In this document: piece after piece, positions 10,875-20,358 of the stretch | Layout of the letters: each line of letters begins with the position of its first letter | Position numbering within the stretch: the stretch's first letter is position 1 | Source: Rhodothermales bacterium | Lineage (GTDB): Bacteria; Bacteroidota; Rhodothermia; Rhodothermales; Bin80 | Direction: 5' to 3' | DNA: 64,000 nt | Assembly: GCA_022821385.1 (NCBI GenBank) | Contig: JAJEDR010000009.1 | Span: 4,884 to 68,883 of the forward strand | Made by a program: the position numbers and the translations under genes | Notes under the pieces: generated by a model | What the model was told of the DNA's origin: nothing | The model's input: only the letters and a program-made list of their open reading frames with translations | The model's database searches: none

Positions 10875-11672
10875 ATGCGGCTGGCACATGTAAGTGATCC
10901 TCACTTTGGCCGGATTGCTTTCCCTCATGTACAAGAAGATCTGATTGAAGATATTCGCGTGCATGGATGTGACGCGATTCTGATTACAGGTGATCTGACC
11001 CAGCGGGCAAGAAGGGGCGAGTTCAAAGCTGCACGTGAGTTCCTGAAGGCACTTCCCCAACCATACATCGTGGTTCCCGGGAATCATGATGTGCACGCGT
11101 GGTGGCATCGCCCGGATTTGCGCATGCTTGCCCCATTACGCCGATACAAACGGCAGCTTGCCAGGCAGCTGGAGCAGTCAATCACCGTTCAGGGTTTGGC
11201 GGTGTTGGGACTCAATACCGCATTCGGATTTACGGTAAAGGGGGGACGTTGCACAGCCGAGCAAGTCAAGAGAGTACAGAGTTTTTTTTCAGAGCAGCCG
11301 CCGAACACATTCAAGGTATTGGCGGTTCATCATCCGCTTGCCGCACTCAAAGCATCCGAGAAACTGGATTTGGCTCGCGGCGGGGATAAACTGTTTGCTG
11401 CGGCTGCAGAAGCTGGCGTTACGGTTGTCTGTGCGGGGCACGGGCATTGTGCGTATGTGGAGGTGTGTACTGAGGGAGGAAATGAGTTGGTCGTTTCCAT
11501 TGCGGGGACAGCCACCTCCGACCGGTGGCGCGCACCGCAGAAAGAGATGAACTCCTGGAACCTCATTGAGACAGGCGATCGTAACTTAGAAGTTCAGATC
11601 CGCGCGTATGACAGGCACACACGCACTTTTTCGGTTTACAGGCAGGCAATGCATTCTTTTGCCGGACAATAA
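10875..11672 (+). CDS. metallophosphoesterase family protein
   Basis: Calcineurin-like motifs are present: HVSDPHFG, ITGDLTQ, VPGNHD and GHGH. Confidence 0.8.
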   Translation: MRLAHVSDPHFGRIAFPHVQEDLIEDIRVHGCDAILITGDLTQRARRGEFKAAREFLKALPQPYIVVPGNHDVHAWWHRPDLRMLAPLRRYKRQLARQLEQSITVQGLAVLGLNTAFGFTVKGGRCTAEQVKRVQSFFSEQPPNTFKVLAVHHPLAALKASEKLDLARGGDKLFAAAAEAGVTVVCAGHGHCAYVEVCTEGGNELVVSIAGTATSDRWRAPQKEMNSWNLIETGDRNLEVQIRAYDRHTRTFSVYRQAMHSFAGQ

Positions 11673-11678
11673 ATATTG

Positions 11679-13070
11679 ATGATTGATACGAGCGAGTTCA
11701 TTCCGTTGGGGGTTTTCGAGAAACCCATCGCACGCATGTGGGAGGTTTCAGGAGAAAAATTGATAGCGATTGAGGAAAGGCTAGCCGTGTCCGAGGACGA
11801 AGCGTTGGTGTACACCAGGAATGGACGTTACACTTCTCAAGATTGGACGGATTGGACGCGCGGTTTCCAGATAGGCTCAATGCTTCTGCAGGCTGAGGCG
11901 GAAGACTCGAGTATATTGTTTGAATGGGGGCGAAGCAATACAATAGAGCGCATGCAGCATCATCTGGCGCACTTTGGTGTTCATGATCACGGGTTTACAG
12001 TCTCGAGTACTTACGGAGCGCTACTTCGACTCATGGATGAGCACTTTGTTGAGTACAACGAATGGGAGCGCAACTGCTACGTGCAGGCCCTGCTAACAAG
12101 TGGGAGTGTTCAGGCGCACCGCTGGACTGAGCTCGGAGGAGGGTACGGGTATATTCACTCCTTTAACGGGCCACATTCTCTTTTTGCCGATACGATTCGC
12201 TCACTTCGGGCGCTAGCTATTGCACACTCGCTGGGAGGTGCATTACGGGACGAACAGGATGGGAAGTACAGCCTGCTGCATCGGCTGGTGAGCCATGCAC
12301 GTACGACCTGTAAGTATATTGTTTTTCGTGGTGAGGATGACAAAGCAGATGGGTACGATGTTCGAGGTCGGGTTGCTCATGAGGCAATCTTCAATGTGCG
12401 TACAGGTACATATCGATGTCCGAGTACGCAGCAGGGGTACTCACCATTCAGCACGTGGACGCGCGGTTTGGCGTGGATAATTTTGGGATGTGCTGAAATT
12501 CTTGAATATCTCGAGATGCTGCCCAGACGTGCTACACGCCCGTACAGAGAGGCAGAAGCTGAAATCAGAATGACGTTGCTGGATGCAGCTGATTACTATA
12601 TAGAGAGCACACCTAAATGCGGCGTACCCTACTGGGATACGGGCGCACCGGGCTTGAAAGATTTAAGCAATTGGTCTGAGCGCGATGCGGATCCGTTCAA
12701 TGATAAGGAGCCCGTTGACAGTTCAGCCGCGGCTATTGCAGCTCAAGGGTTGATGCGTCTTGGAAGAATAATGGGCAAGGCAGGCAAAAAATATACCATA
12801 GCCGGGCGCAAGATTGCCTTGACGCTTTTGGATGAACCATACCTGAGTCTGGATCCAGCACACGAGGGCCTGCTTTTGCACAGCGTATACCATTGGCCAC
12901 GCCGTTGGGATTATGTTCCAGAAGGAGCAAATATTCCCTATGGAGAAAGTGTAATGTGGGGGGACTATCATTTGCGGGAACTGGCGCTCTATCTGCAGAG
13001 ATTGTCACCCAAGAGATCGTATTACAGCTTTGCAAATTTTTACTGGGAGATCCCCACGGCCCAGCGATGA
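11679..13070 (+). CDS. glycoside hydrolase family 88-like (unsaturated glucuronyl hydrolase-like) protein
   Basis: Contains WTRGFQIG, VHDHGF and DSSAAAIAAQGLMRL, which resemble GH88/GH105 (alpha/alpha)6 hydrolase motifs. The family assignment is by motif memory only. Confidence 0.55.
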   Translation: MIDTSEFIPLGVFEKPIARMWEVSGEKLIAIEERLAVSEDEALVYTRNGRYTSQDWTDWTRGFQIGSMLLQAEAEDSSILFEWGRSNTIERMQHHLAHFGVHDHGFTVSSTYGALLRLMDEHFVEYNEWERNCYVQALLTSGSVQAHRWTELGGGYGYIHSFNGPHSLFADTIRSLRALAIAHSLGGALRDEQDGKYSLLHRLVSHARTTCKYIVFRGEDDKADGYDVRGRVAHEAIFNVRTGTYRCPSTQQGYSPFSTWTRGLAWIILGCAEILEYLEMLPRRATRPYREAEAEIRMTLLDAADYYIESTPKCGVPYWDTGAPGLKDLSNWSERDADPFNDKEPVDSSAAAIAAQGLMRLGRIMGKAGKKYTIAGRKIALTLLDEPYLSLDPAHEGLLLHSVYHWPRRWDYVPEGANIPYGESVMWGDYHLRELALYLQRLSPKRSYYSFANFYWEIPTAQR

Positions 13071-13156
13071 GAGTGATAAAGCAGGAAAAATAACAGGGTG
13101 CGGGCCGCGTTGATCGTTGCACTGTCATACACGGTATTTTGGAGGGGAGGAAGATG

Positions 13157-14569
13157 TTACTCTAGCAGATGAGGTGGGCGACGATTAGGTCCCTCCGAAC
13201 CGGTGAGTGCATCGCCCAGATCGTTTCGCATTCTATCTACATATCCAAGCAATCGATCAACGATTTCCGGGTGCGTGTCTGCAAGATTGAGAGTTTCCCC
13301 GATATCTGACTCCAGATCAAATAGAGATAGTCCAATGGAGTCCCTTCGATAGGCGCCCTGGAAAGTCGGTGTGGAAAGTACCGCACCATGAATGCTGCGG
13401 TAGTGGTGGGGCACATGTAATTTCCATCGGCCGGAGCGGACAGCATGGAGCTGATATCCTTGGTAGAAGAATAGTGCATCGTGTGGCGAGGCACCGCCAG
13501 TGGTGACGTTCACCAGGGATTTACCGTCAAATGGAAACGGCCCAGGTGCGGCCCCGGTAATCTCAGCTACGGTTGGCATAATGTCCATAGCAGAAACCAT
13601 TGCATTCGTGACTCCCGGCGCAATCATACCGGGCCAGAACATAAGCAGAGGCACGCGATGTCCTCCCTCAAATGTAGTTCCCTTCCCTTCGCGCAATGGG
13701 CCGGTACGTCCACTGTGATCCCCCTTCACCAGCCATGGACCATTGTCCGAGGAAAAGATGATGAGCGTATTCTCCATTAGGTCCAGGCGCTCAAGTGCAT
13801 CCATGATTTGGCCTACCGACCAGTCGATTTCCATGATCACGTCCCCGTATAATCCGGCGTTGGATTTTCCGACAAATGCTTCAGAAGCAAAGAGCGGGAC
13901 ATGCGGAAATGTGTGTGGGAGGTAAAGAAAGAAGGGAGTGTCGCGGTTGGATTCAATGAAAGCGACTGCCCGTTCGGTGTAGCGTCGGGTCAACTGGGAT
14001 TGGTCCGGTTCCAGTTCAACGGTGGTGAAGCCTTCAACAAGTGGTACCGGCGGATGCTGTCTTGCGGGTGGATTCGGGTTTTTCACGGCATCCGGTGTCA
14101 TGTCATTGGAGTACGGGATACCGAAGTACGCATCAAATCCGTGATTCATTGGGAGGTGCAGCGAATCGTGTCCCAGATGCCACTTTCCGAAGCAGGCGGT
14201 GGAGTACCCCAATTCCTTGAGCATTTCTGCCATAGTGCGTTCGCTCGGATGAAGTCCGCGGCGGGACTGGGGCATGAGTACTCCCGGGATGCTCACACGC
14301 TGCGGATACATGCCAGTCATAAAGGCTGCGCGAGAGGGTGAACAGGAAGCGGCAGCCGTATAGAAATCCGTAAAGCGGAGGCCGCGGGCAGCCAATGAGT
14401 CAAGGTGTGGCGTTGACAGGTCGGAGGATCCATAACTGCCCAGATCAACCCATCCCTGATCATCGGTCACGATCAGAATCACATTGGGGTTTTGTGTTTT
14501 CAACTGGCATCCAATTGACAGCAGGGCCAAGGCAAAAGGTATTCCCCGCATTATCGAAAGACGACTCAT
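13157..14569 (-). CDS. arylsulfatase (formylglycine-dependent sulfatase family)
   Basis: N-terminal signal followed by NVILIVTDDQG. The formylglycine motif CSPSRAAFMTG, GKWHLG and SDNGP are present. Confidence 0.92.
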   Translation of the reverse strand: MSRLSIMRGIPFALALLSIGCQLKTQNPNVILIVTDDQGWVDLGSYGSSDLSTPHLDSLAARGLRFTDFYTAAASCSPSRAAFMTGMYPQRVSIPGVLMPQSRRGLHPSERTMAEMLKELGYSTACFGKWHLGHDSLHLPMNHGFDAYFGIPYSNDMTPDAVKNPNPPARQHPPVPLVEGFTTVELEPDQSQLTRRYTERAVAFIESNRDTPFFLYLPHTFPHVPLFASEAFVGKSNAGLYGDVIMEIDWSVGQIMDALERLDLMENTLIIFSSDNGPWLVKGDHSGRTGPLREGKGTTFEGGHRVPLLMFWPGMIAPGVTNAMVSAMDIMPTVAEITGAAPGPFPFDGKSLVNVTTGGASPHDALFFYQGYQLHAVRSGRWKLHVPHHYRSIHGAVLSTPTFQGAYRRDSIGLSLFDLESDIGETLNLADTHPEIVDRLLGYVDRMRNDLGDALTGSEGPNRRPPHLLE

Positions 14570-14948
14570 TTAAGACAAAGGCATGTTTGCAATGAATCCA
14601 CCCCCGAAGTTTAATGAATAGTGCTGACTCGTAGATCCTACTACGTTCAAGTCATAATTGAACCCACAGGGCCGATCAATCAAGCGAGAATAGTTACATC
14701 GCTAATCAGCGGTGACGGCTTAAGGTACCTCTTATGTGGTTGTCGCATCCATTCGTTGGTTGTGTACATACGCTCCGCCTTTGTTGAACTGGGAATTGAA
14801 GACCCTTCGGAGATTTCGAAAGCAACTTCGGACCGTGAGACGTTAGAATCCTGGGTACATGCGATCTGCCGCGGTGATCCTGCGGGCGGATTGCACCGCG
14901 TTGCCAAGCAGACAGCCGGCAACGCACAACTGTCCCACATATACCGGC

Positions 14949-15866
14949 CTATTGCCGCTGGAGATTTAATGGGATGATGTTAGGTCGTTGCTGGCATTCG
15001 GAGCCAGGATCTCCCACATCTACGACGCGGAATTCAACCCGCCGGTTGAGTGTGCGTCCAGTGATGGTTGCATTGCTGGCTGCCGGACGCTCTTCTCCAT
15101 ATCCACAGGCCGACACACGGCTTGCCTCAATGCCCGTCTGCAGGAGCAAATAGTCCCTCACCGCCAACGCACGGTTTTCGGATAATTCCTGGTTGTAGGA
15201 CGAATCGCCGATGCTGTCGGTATGTCCGCTTACCTCAATACGCAGCTCTCCGTGCCTCAGCAGAACTGCGCCTACTATGTCCAGAATCTTCCTGGACGAC
15301 GCCAAGAGCGTGCTCCGGTCAATTTCAAAGTGAACATCGGTGGTCGTGAACAGCCCGGTCTCCAGCAAAACGGTATTCAGCTGCTGCACCGTGCGTGCGG
15401 AATCGGCCGACGGTGTCTCCTGATCGGCTTTCCGTTCAGCTTCGGACGGCACGTCACCATCAGCGGCCCATTGAGCGGGGTCGGCGGCTAATGCCTCCCG
15501 ATCAGCGTCGAGCCCGTACAATTCAGTGATACCCAATTCGGCTTGGCGTTCCAAGGGAAGTCTGGCTTTTTGCTGTCCCCCTGATACTTGATTGGGTGGT
15601 GGAGCAGGCCGAGGAATTAGAATGAATATCGGATAGCTATTGCGATGCGCCGCTCGGGACCGACCAATCTCGGCGATCCGGCGGCGCACACTTGCGATTC
15701 CAGCATTCAAAGACGTGGAGTCGGCCTGGCCGTATACGTAGATATGCATCGCCCCCGGTGAACCGGTCTGTGCAACAGCCGCACACGGAATTGCGCTTAG
15801 CAAGAGCAACAGCAGGCCGCCGCCGATGGCTTTGGCGCGCAGCAGCACTGGATCAGGATCGCTCAT
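14949..15866 (-). CDS. OmpA family protein
   Basis: Signal peptide plus a C-terminal OmpA-like domain: IEVSGHTDSIGDSSYNQELSENRALAVRDYL...NRRVEF. Confidence 0.88.
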   Translation of the reverse strand: MSDPDPVLLRAKAIGGGLLLLLLSAIPCAAVAQTGSPGAMHIYVYGQADSTSLNAGIASVRRRIAEIGRSRAAHRNSYPIFILIPRPAPPPNQVSGGQQKARLPLERQAELGITELYGLDADREALAADPAQWAADGDVPSEAERKADQETPSADSARTVQQLNTVLLETGLFTTTDVHFEIDRSTLLASSRKILDIVGAVLLRHGELRIEVSGHTDSIGDSSYNQELSENRALAVRDYLLLQTGIEASRVSACGYGEERPAASNATITGRTLNRRVEFRVVDVGDPGSECQQRPNIIPLNLQRQ

Positions 15867-15904
15867 TTGTAAAGGCCCTGTTCTGTTAATATCAAGCCAA
15901 TGCG

Positions 15905-18250
15905 CTACTGCAACCTTACCCTATAGCCAAGAATCAACCTGTTGACATCAAAGAAATCCAGCGTGCTGAATTCAGTGAAGAATCTTGATGTTCCCCAAGC
16001 GAAAAACTCCGCGCCCACCAACAGGTTAAGGACGAGTTCGAAATCCGAAAAGCTTTCATCGACAAAAAAGCCTATCCCGGGGCCCCCGTACAGGTCCAGT
16101 GGTCCCACCCTGCGGAGATTCCAAGCGGCGGTGCCTAGCATAGCGACGGACAACTGGTCGATAATGCCAACGCTAACCTCCGGCAAAATCCGGAATCCGA
16201 GTCGAGAGAAGCGAAGATCTCCACGAATTCCGAACAAAAGCTGGGTTGCGCCTCCCATCCGAAGCCCCAGATGCGGCTGCAGCGCCGCCAGTCGCGGTTT
16301 ACCGAACGCACCCAGAATTCCCTGCCGCGTGGTGGTGTCCGCGGGTGCCATCACCATTTCCGTAATGTCGCGCTCGTGCTCGCGCAACCTGTCCAGTTCC
16401 TGGGCGACATGGCGCTCCATACGTTCCTCTATCTGACTAAGGATCTCCGCAAGTTCCGAAGCGGATATTCCTCCTCTTTCCGGCATCGCTCTTGCGACTT
16501 GGCTGGCGATTTCCTCGATCTGTTCCGGTGTAAGAGGACCTGCGGCCGAGTCAGGTTGAACCTGTTCCGCAGTTGGCGATACTTCCCGGGTTGTGATTTC
16601 TTCGTCCGGCATCGTAACGACAAAAGGAGGCGAATTGGGTGCCCCCGCTGGCAAGTCGCCGAATCGAATATATATCTCGCCTACTTCGGGAACCGGGATC
16701 GTAACCGTTTGACCGGATATATTGCTTGTTTGGCTCACTGCGGCCATCGTTGAGTCATTCGTTGCGAACTGGATGCGACTTGGGATTGCCAGCGTGTCGT
16801 TTACGGCAGCGATGTCCGTTGGCATCGCACGGGCAGACGACAAAGAATCCAAACTCGCCCGCATTCGGGCCAGCTCCGCATTCACGGCTTCAACATGCGC
16901 TTGAGCCTCCGCCCGCTCGCTGGCCAACTGATTTTCCAACACGCGTCTGGATCCGCCGCCTAAGCTAAACTTAACCCCAAACGTATACATCCGGCTGCTG
17001 ACGATCTGGCCGGGATCGCTGGCCGTCTCATCGGCAAGTGTGCTCATCAGCATGCTCCTCACGCTGCCGTTAAGCCGCAAGCCTGCTCCCAAACCCAAAT
17101 CGAGCCCCACGCCGCCAATGGCGAAATTCCGGCTTGCAATTGAGAGTCCACTTTGATTGGCGAAACTTGCCTCTTCGCCTACATTCATGTATCCGACGCC
17201 CATGAGAACGAACGGTACAATGTCGCGTCCGCCGCCTCTGGAGTTTATACGAAGATCCACCTCACCCCCGAAGTACTCCACTTCGCCGAATTCATCCGGC
17301 AGACCATCTTCAAATGCCACATCCTGGTCCGTGTTGCGCCAGTAAAAGCCGCGCATGCCGACGTACGGTCCCAGGTCAAAGCCGGCGGAAATCCCGGCCA
17401 AAGCGCGGGACTCCGGAAAGCCCAGCGCCTCATTGAAATTGATCTGCCCGTAGAATGGCTCCACGGCCAATCGCAACCGGCTCCCTCTGTAGATCTGTGT
17501 CCGATCGGAGTAAGCCATCATTCCGCCTTCGTGGCCACCGAAGATCAGCGTCAACGACGCCGTCAGGGTTCGCATGCCCGCGTTCTTCCAGCTGAAGAGT
17601 CCGCCCGCCCCGGGCCTCATGCCACTTCCAGGAAGAAACGTAACTCCGGGATTCACCTGGTAGGCATACTCTTCGGCAGTCACCGAAAAGTTCATCCAGC
17701 GAGACAGGCTTAGGGCAAGGCCAATGCCGGCGCTTCCATATATGGATTCGGTGGACTCCAGCCCGTCTGGCTTAAACTCCAGGATCCCTGCTCCTGCGGT
17801 AACAAAGGGCACGATTCGACCGTGCCACGCATAAATGCGCAGACTGCCGCCATAACGCCGCAAGTCAACCTGCCGACCCCCTAATGCCGGAATGCCCGGC
17901 CTTATGTTTCCTTCAAGCTCCCCGATGGTACCGTTCCCGAATCGGGAAAAGTCCGTCTCAACTGGAGCGTCGCTGAAGAAATAGTTGCCGCTCACCTCAA
18001 CCCGATCACCAAACCTGAGGCCAAAGGCTCCGCCGTAAATGTCTCCGCTGGAGAGACCGGCTTCATTGCTAAAGCTCGCGCTGCTGCCGTATGCGGAGAG
18101 TTTATAGCTGATTCCGCTGACTTGCGCCCGCGCTGCGGGGTTAATGCTCAAAAGACAGCAGACGAATAGTGCGAATATGATTCGGCTAGCAGACCCGAAC
18201 AGCAGCGCTTCGACCAGCTGCCTACGGGTCGCGCTAATCAAGAGATTCAT
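15905..18250 (-). CDS. hypothetical outer-membrane protein with beta-barrel-like modules and a central coiled-coil/acidic region
   Basis: 781 aa with a signal-like N-terminus. Gly/aromatic-rich amphipathic beta segments sit at both ends, and the C-terminus ends in an aromatic-rich strand (ILGYRVRLQ). The central 200 aa or so is rich in E, Q, R and A. No family was recognised. Confidence 0.45.
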   Translation of the reverse strand: MNLLISATRRQLVEALLFGSASRIIFALFVCCLLSINPAARAQVSGISYKLSAYGSSASFSNEAGLSSGDIYGGAFGLRFGDRVEVSGNYFFSDAPVETDFSRFGNGTIGELEGNIRPGIPALGGRQVDLRRYGGSLRIYAWHGRIVPFVTAGAGILEFKPDGLESTESIYGSAGIGLALSLSRWMNFSVTAEEYAYQVNPGVTFLPGSGMRPGAGGLFSWKNAGMRTLTASLTLIFGGHEGGMMAYSDRTQIYRGSRLRLAVEPFYGQINFNEALGFPESRALAGISAGFDLGPYVGMRGFYWRNTDQDVAFEDGLPDEFGEVEYFGGEVDLRINSRGGGRDIVPFVLMGVGYMNVGEEASFANQSGLSIASRNFAIGGVGLDLGLGAGLRLNGSVRSMLMSTLADETASDPGQIVSSRMYTFGVKFSLGGGSRRVLENQLASERAEAQAHVEAVNAELARMRASLDSLSSARAMPTDIAAVNDTLAIPSRIQFATNDSTMAAVSQTSNISGQTVTIPVPEVGEIYIRFGDLPAGAPNSPPFVVTMPDEEITTREVSPTAEQVQPDSAAGPLTPEQIEEIASQVARAMPERGGISASELAEILSQIEERMERHVAQELDRLREHERDITEMVMAPADTTTRQGILGAFGKPRLAALQPHLGLRMGGATQLLFGIRGDLRFSRLGFRILPEVSVGIIDQLSVAMLGTAAWNLRRVGPLDLYGGPGIGFFVDESFSDFELVLNLLVGAEFFAWGTSRFFTEFSTLDFFDVNRLILGYRVRLQ

Positions 18251-18794
18251 AACTGGTGACGATTAGTTGCGTTTAGGCCACTTCACGTGGTAATCTTGAA
18301 TTGCCCGGATACGCGCACCACCGACTCTGGCGGAAGATTTTGCAGGTCGTCAGTAGCACAGTAGGTACGTAAGGCAAAACATTACGGTGTAAGACAGTTT
18401 TTCCCTTTCGTTCCACTCACGAGCCTAATAATTCCTCCGCCTCGCGCTGGTGCAAGACGTGATCCGATCGCCAGACCAACGATAGGGATGCTGCCGCAGC
18501 CAAGTTGCCATCTGGCACTTGGACCATACCTTGCGCATGGCCGGAGCGGTCGCTTACCTGTTCCCCGTGGCAAGACATAATATCGTGGGGAGTAATTATT
18601 AATTGCATCTACAATAACGCAATTCAGTTTCCATAGAGATCCCCGGGAGCGACCTATGTAGCAACGCGATCATTTGAGGGGGCAATGGCTCGCCAGAGAC
18701 ACGTCTTTGCCATGGGCGGGCGTGAATACGAAGTGCTCCGGCAGGTCGAACGAGCAGGCGATACAGTAATGCACGCACCGAAAAAGGTAAAGCG

Positions 18795-18868
<74 letters not shown>

Positions 18869-18897
18869 AAGAGGGACTGCTAACGCGTGACGGGGCT

Positions 18898-19404
18898 ATG
18901 GGATCCGATGCCGAATCGTTACCTTTGGGTATGGAGCAATTGAATTTTCCGCCATACAATTTTGAGGTACGAAACGCGGACGGCAAAGTAGTAATTCTGG
19001 ATCGCGTCCGCCAGCGTTTTGTACCATTAACTCCAGAAGAATGGGTACGTCAGCACTTGATCCAGTATCTCATTGAAGACTTGGATGTACCTAAGGGGTT
19101 AATTGCCTTGGAGGCCTCCGTCCCGGCGCACGATCGTTATTACCGGGCGGACGTTGTCGTTTACGACCGAAATATGCAGCCGGTGCTAATCGCCGAGTGC
19201 AAAAAACCATCCGTTAAGATCAAACAGGATGTATTCGACCAGATTGGCCACTACAATACGGTGTGTAAGGCACCTTATCTGTTAGTTACAAATGGTCTGC
19301 AGCACTACTGCTGTAGGGTAGATCACAAGAACCGTGAGTCCCGTTTCATGAATGAACTTCCATCCTATCAGAAAATGATATCATCCTCAATCAATGCTGC
19401 GTAA
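18898..19404 (+). CDS. type I restriction enzyme HsdR N-terminal domain-like protein (stand-alone PD-(D/E)XK-like)
   Basis: Contains EEWVRQHLIQYL and YRADVVVYD...VLIAECKKP, which resembles the HsdR_N family found as small stand-alone proteins in Bacteroidota. Confidence 0.7.
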   Translation: MGSDAESLPLGMEQLNFPPYNFEVRNADGKVVILDRVRQRFVPLTPEEWVRQHLIQYLIEDLDVPKGLIALEASVPAHDRYYRADVVVYDRNMQPVLIAECKKPSVKIKQDVFDQIGHYNTVCKAPYLLVTNGLQHYCCRVDHKNRESRFMNELPSYQKMISSSINAA

Positions 19405-20347
19405 CACATATACGAAAGAGGTTTCGGTTGTCCGGGAAGCTCTTGGCGCAGCGGCCGAGCTTTGCGGAAATGTCCAAGACCGAGTGGCTGTTGCTAAGGG
19501 TGATCGTAGTCCGGTCACGGTGGCAGACTACGGAAGCCAGGCACTGGTGTGTCGTGCTGTTCGAGAAGCTTTTCCAGATGATCCGATTATTGCTGAGGAA
19601 GACAGTACGCTGTTAAGGATGCCGGAACAGTCTGCGCTTCGGGAAATGCTGACCAAACATCTCACGAATGTTCATCCAGACTGCACATTGACCGATGCGA
19701 TGAGATGGATTGATTATGGTAGTTCAGAGGGTTTCAGCGATCGATTCTGGACACTTGACCCGATTGATGGTACCAAGGGTTTTTTGCGGAAGGGGCATTT
19801 TGCCGTGGCCCTGGCTCTCATTGTAGACGGTGAGGTGGTAGTGGGTGGACTCGCCTGCCCGAAACTGGACGGCGGAACACTTGTAGCGGTACGTGGGCAC
19901 GGAGCAACGCAAGGTAAACGCTCAATCAGCGTGAGTACAGTTGATCATGCAAGCAATGCAAGGTTTTGTGAGAGCATGGAGTCAGGGCATAGTGCACATG
20001 GGGATGCGCAGCGGGTTGCCGACTATTTAGGAATTACCACTGAGAGCAGACGATTGGACAGTCAGGCGAAGTACGCGGTAGTTGCGCGCGGAGAGGCGGA
20101 AATTTACATGCGCTTGCCGACACGAAAGGAGTATGTTGAGCGCATTTGGGATCACGCGGCGGGAGCGTTGATCCTGAGTGAAGCAGGTGGGAGCGTTACT
20201 GATTGCAGAGGCAGAAAACTGGACTTTACCTGCGGCAGGGGACTGGCGCGTAATCGTGGCATTATTGCAACCAATGGTCAGCTCCACGACGAGGTGATCA
20301 ATGCACTGAAAGCCCTGGAAATAGGACAGGAGTTGCCCGAAGAATAG
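19394..20347 (+). CDS. 3'(2'),5'-bisphosphate nucleotidase (HAL2/CysQ-like, inositol monophosphatase superfamily)
   Basis: Contains PVTVADYGSQ, IIAEED and WTLDPIDGTKGF...FAVALALI, characteristic of the HAL2-type PAP phosphatase. Confidence 0.85.
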   Translation: MLRNTYTKEVSVVREALGAAAELCGNVQDRVAVAKGDRSPVTVADYGSQALVCRAVREAFPDDPIIAEEDSTLLRMPEQSALREMLTKHLTNVHPDCTLTDAMRWIDYGSSEGFSDRFWTLDPIDGTKGFLRKGHFAVALALIVDGEVVVGGLACPKLDGGTLVAVRGHGATQGKRSISVSTVDHASNARFCESMESGHSAHGDAQRVADYLGITTESRRLDSQAKYAVVARGEAEIYMRLPTRKEYVERIWDHAAGALILSEAGGSVTDCRGRKLDFTCGRGLARNRGIIATNGQLHDEVINALKALEIGQELPEE

Positions 20348-20358
20348 CGACGTTTCTC

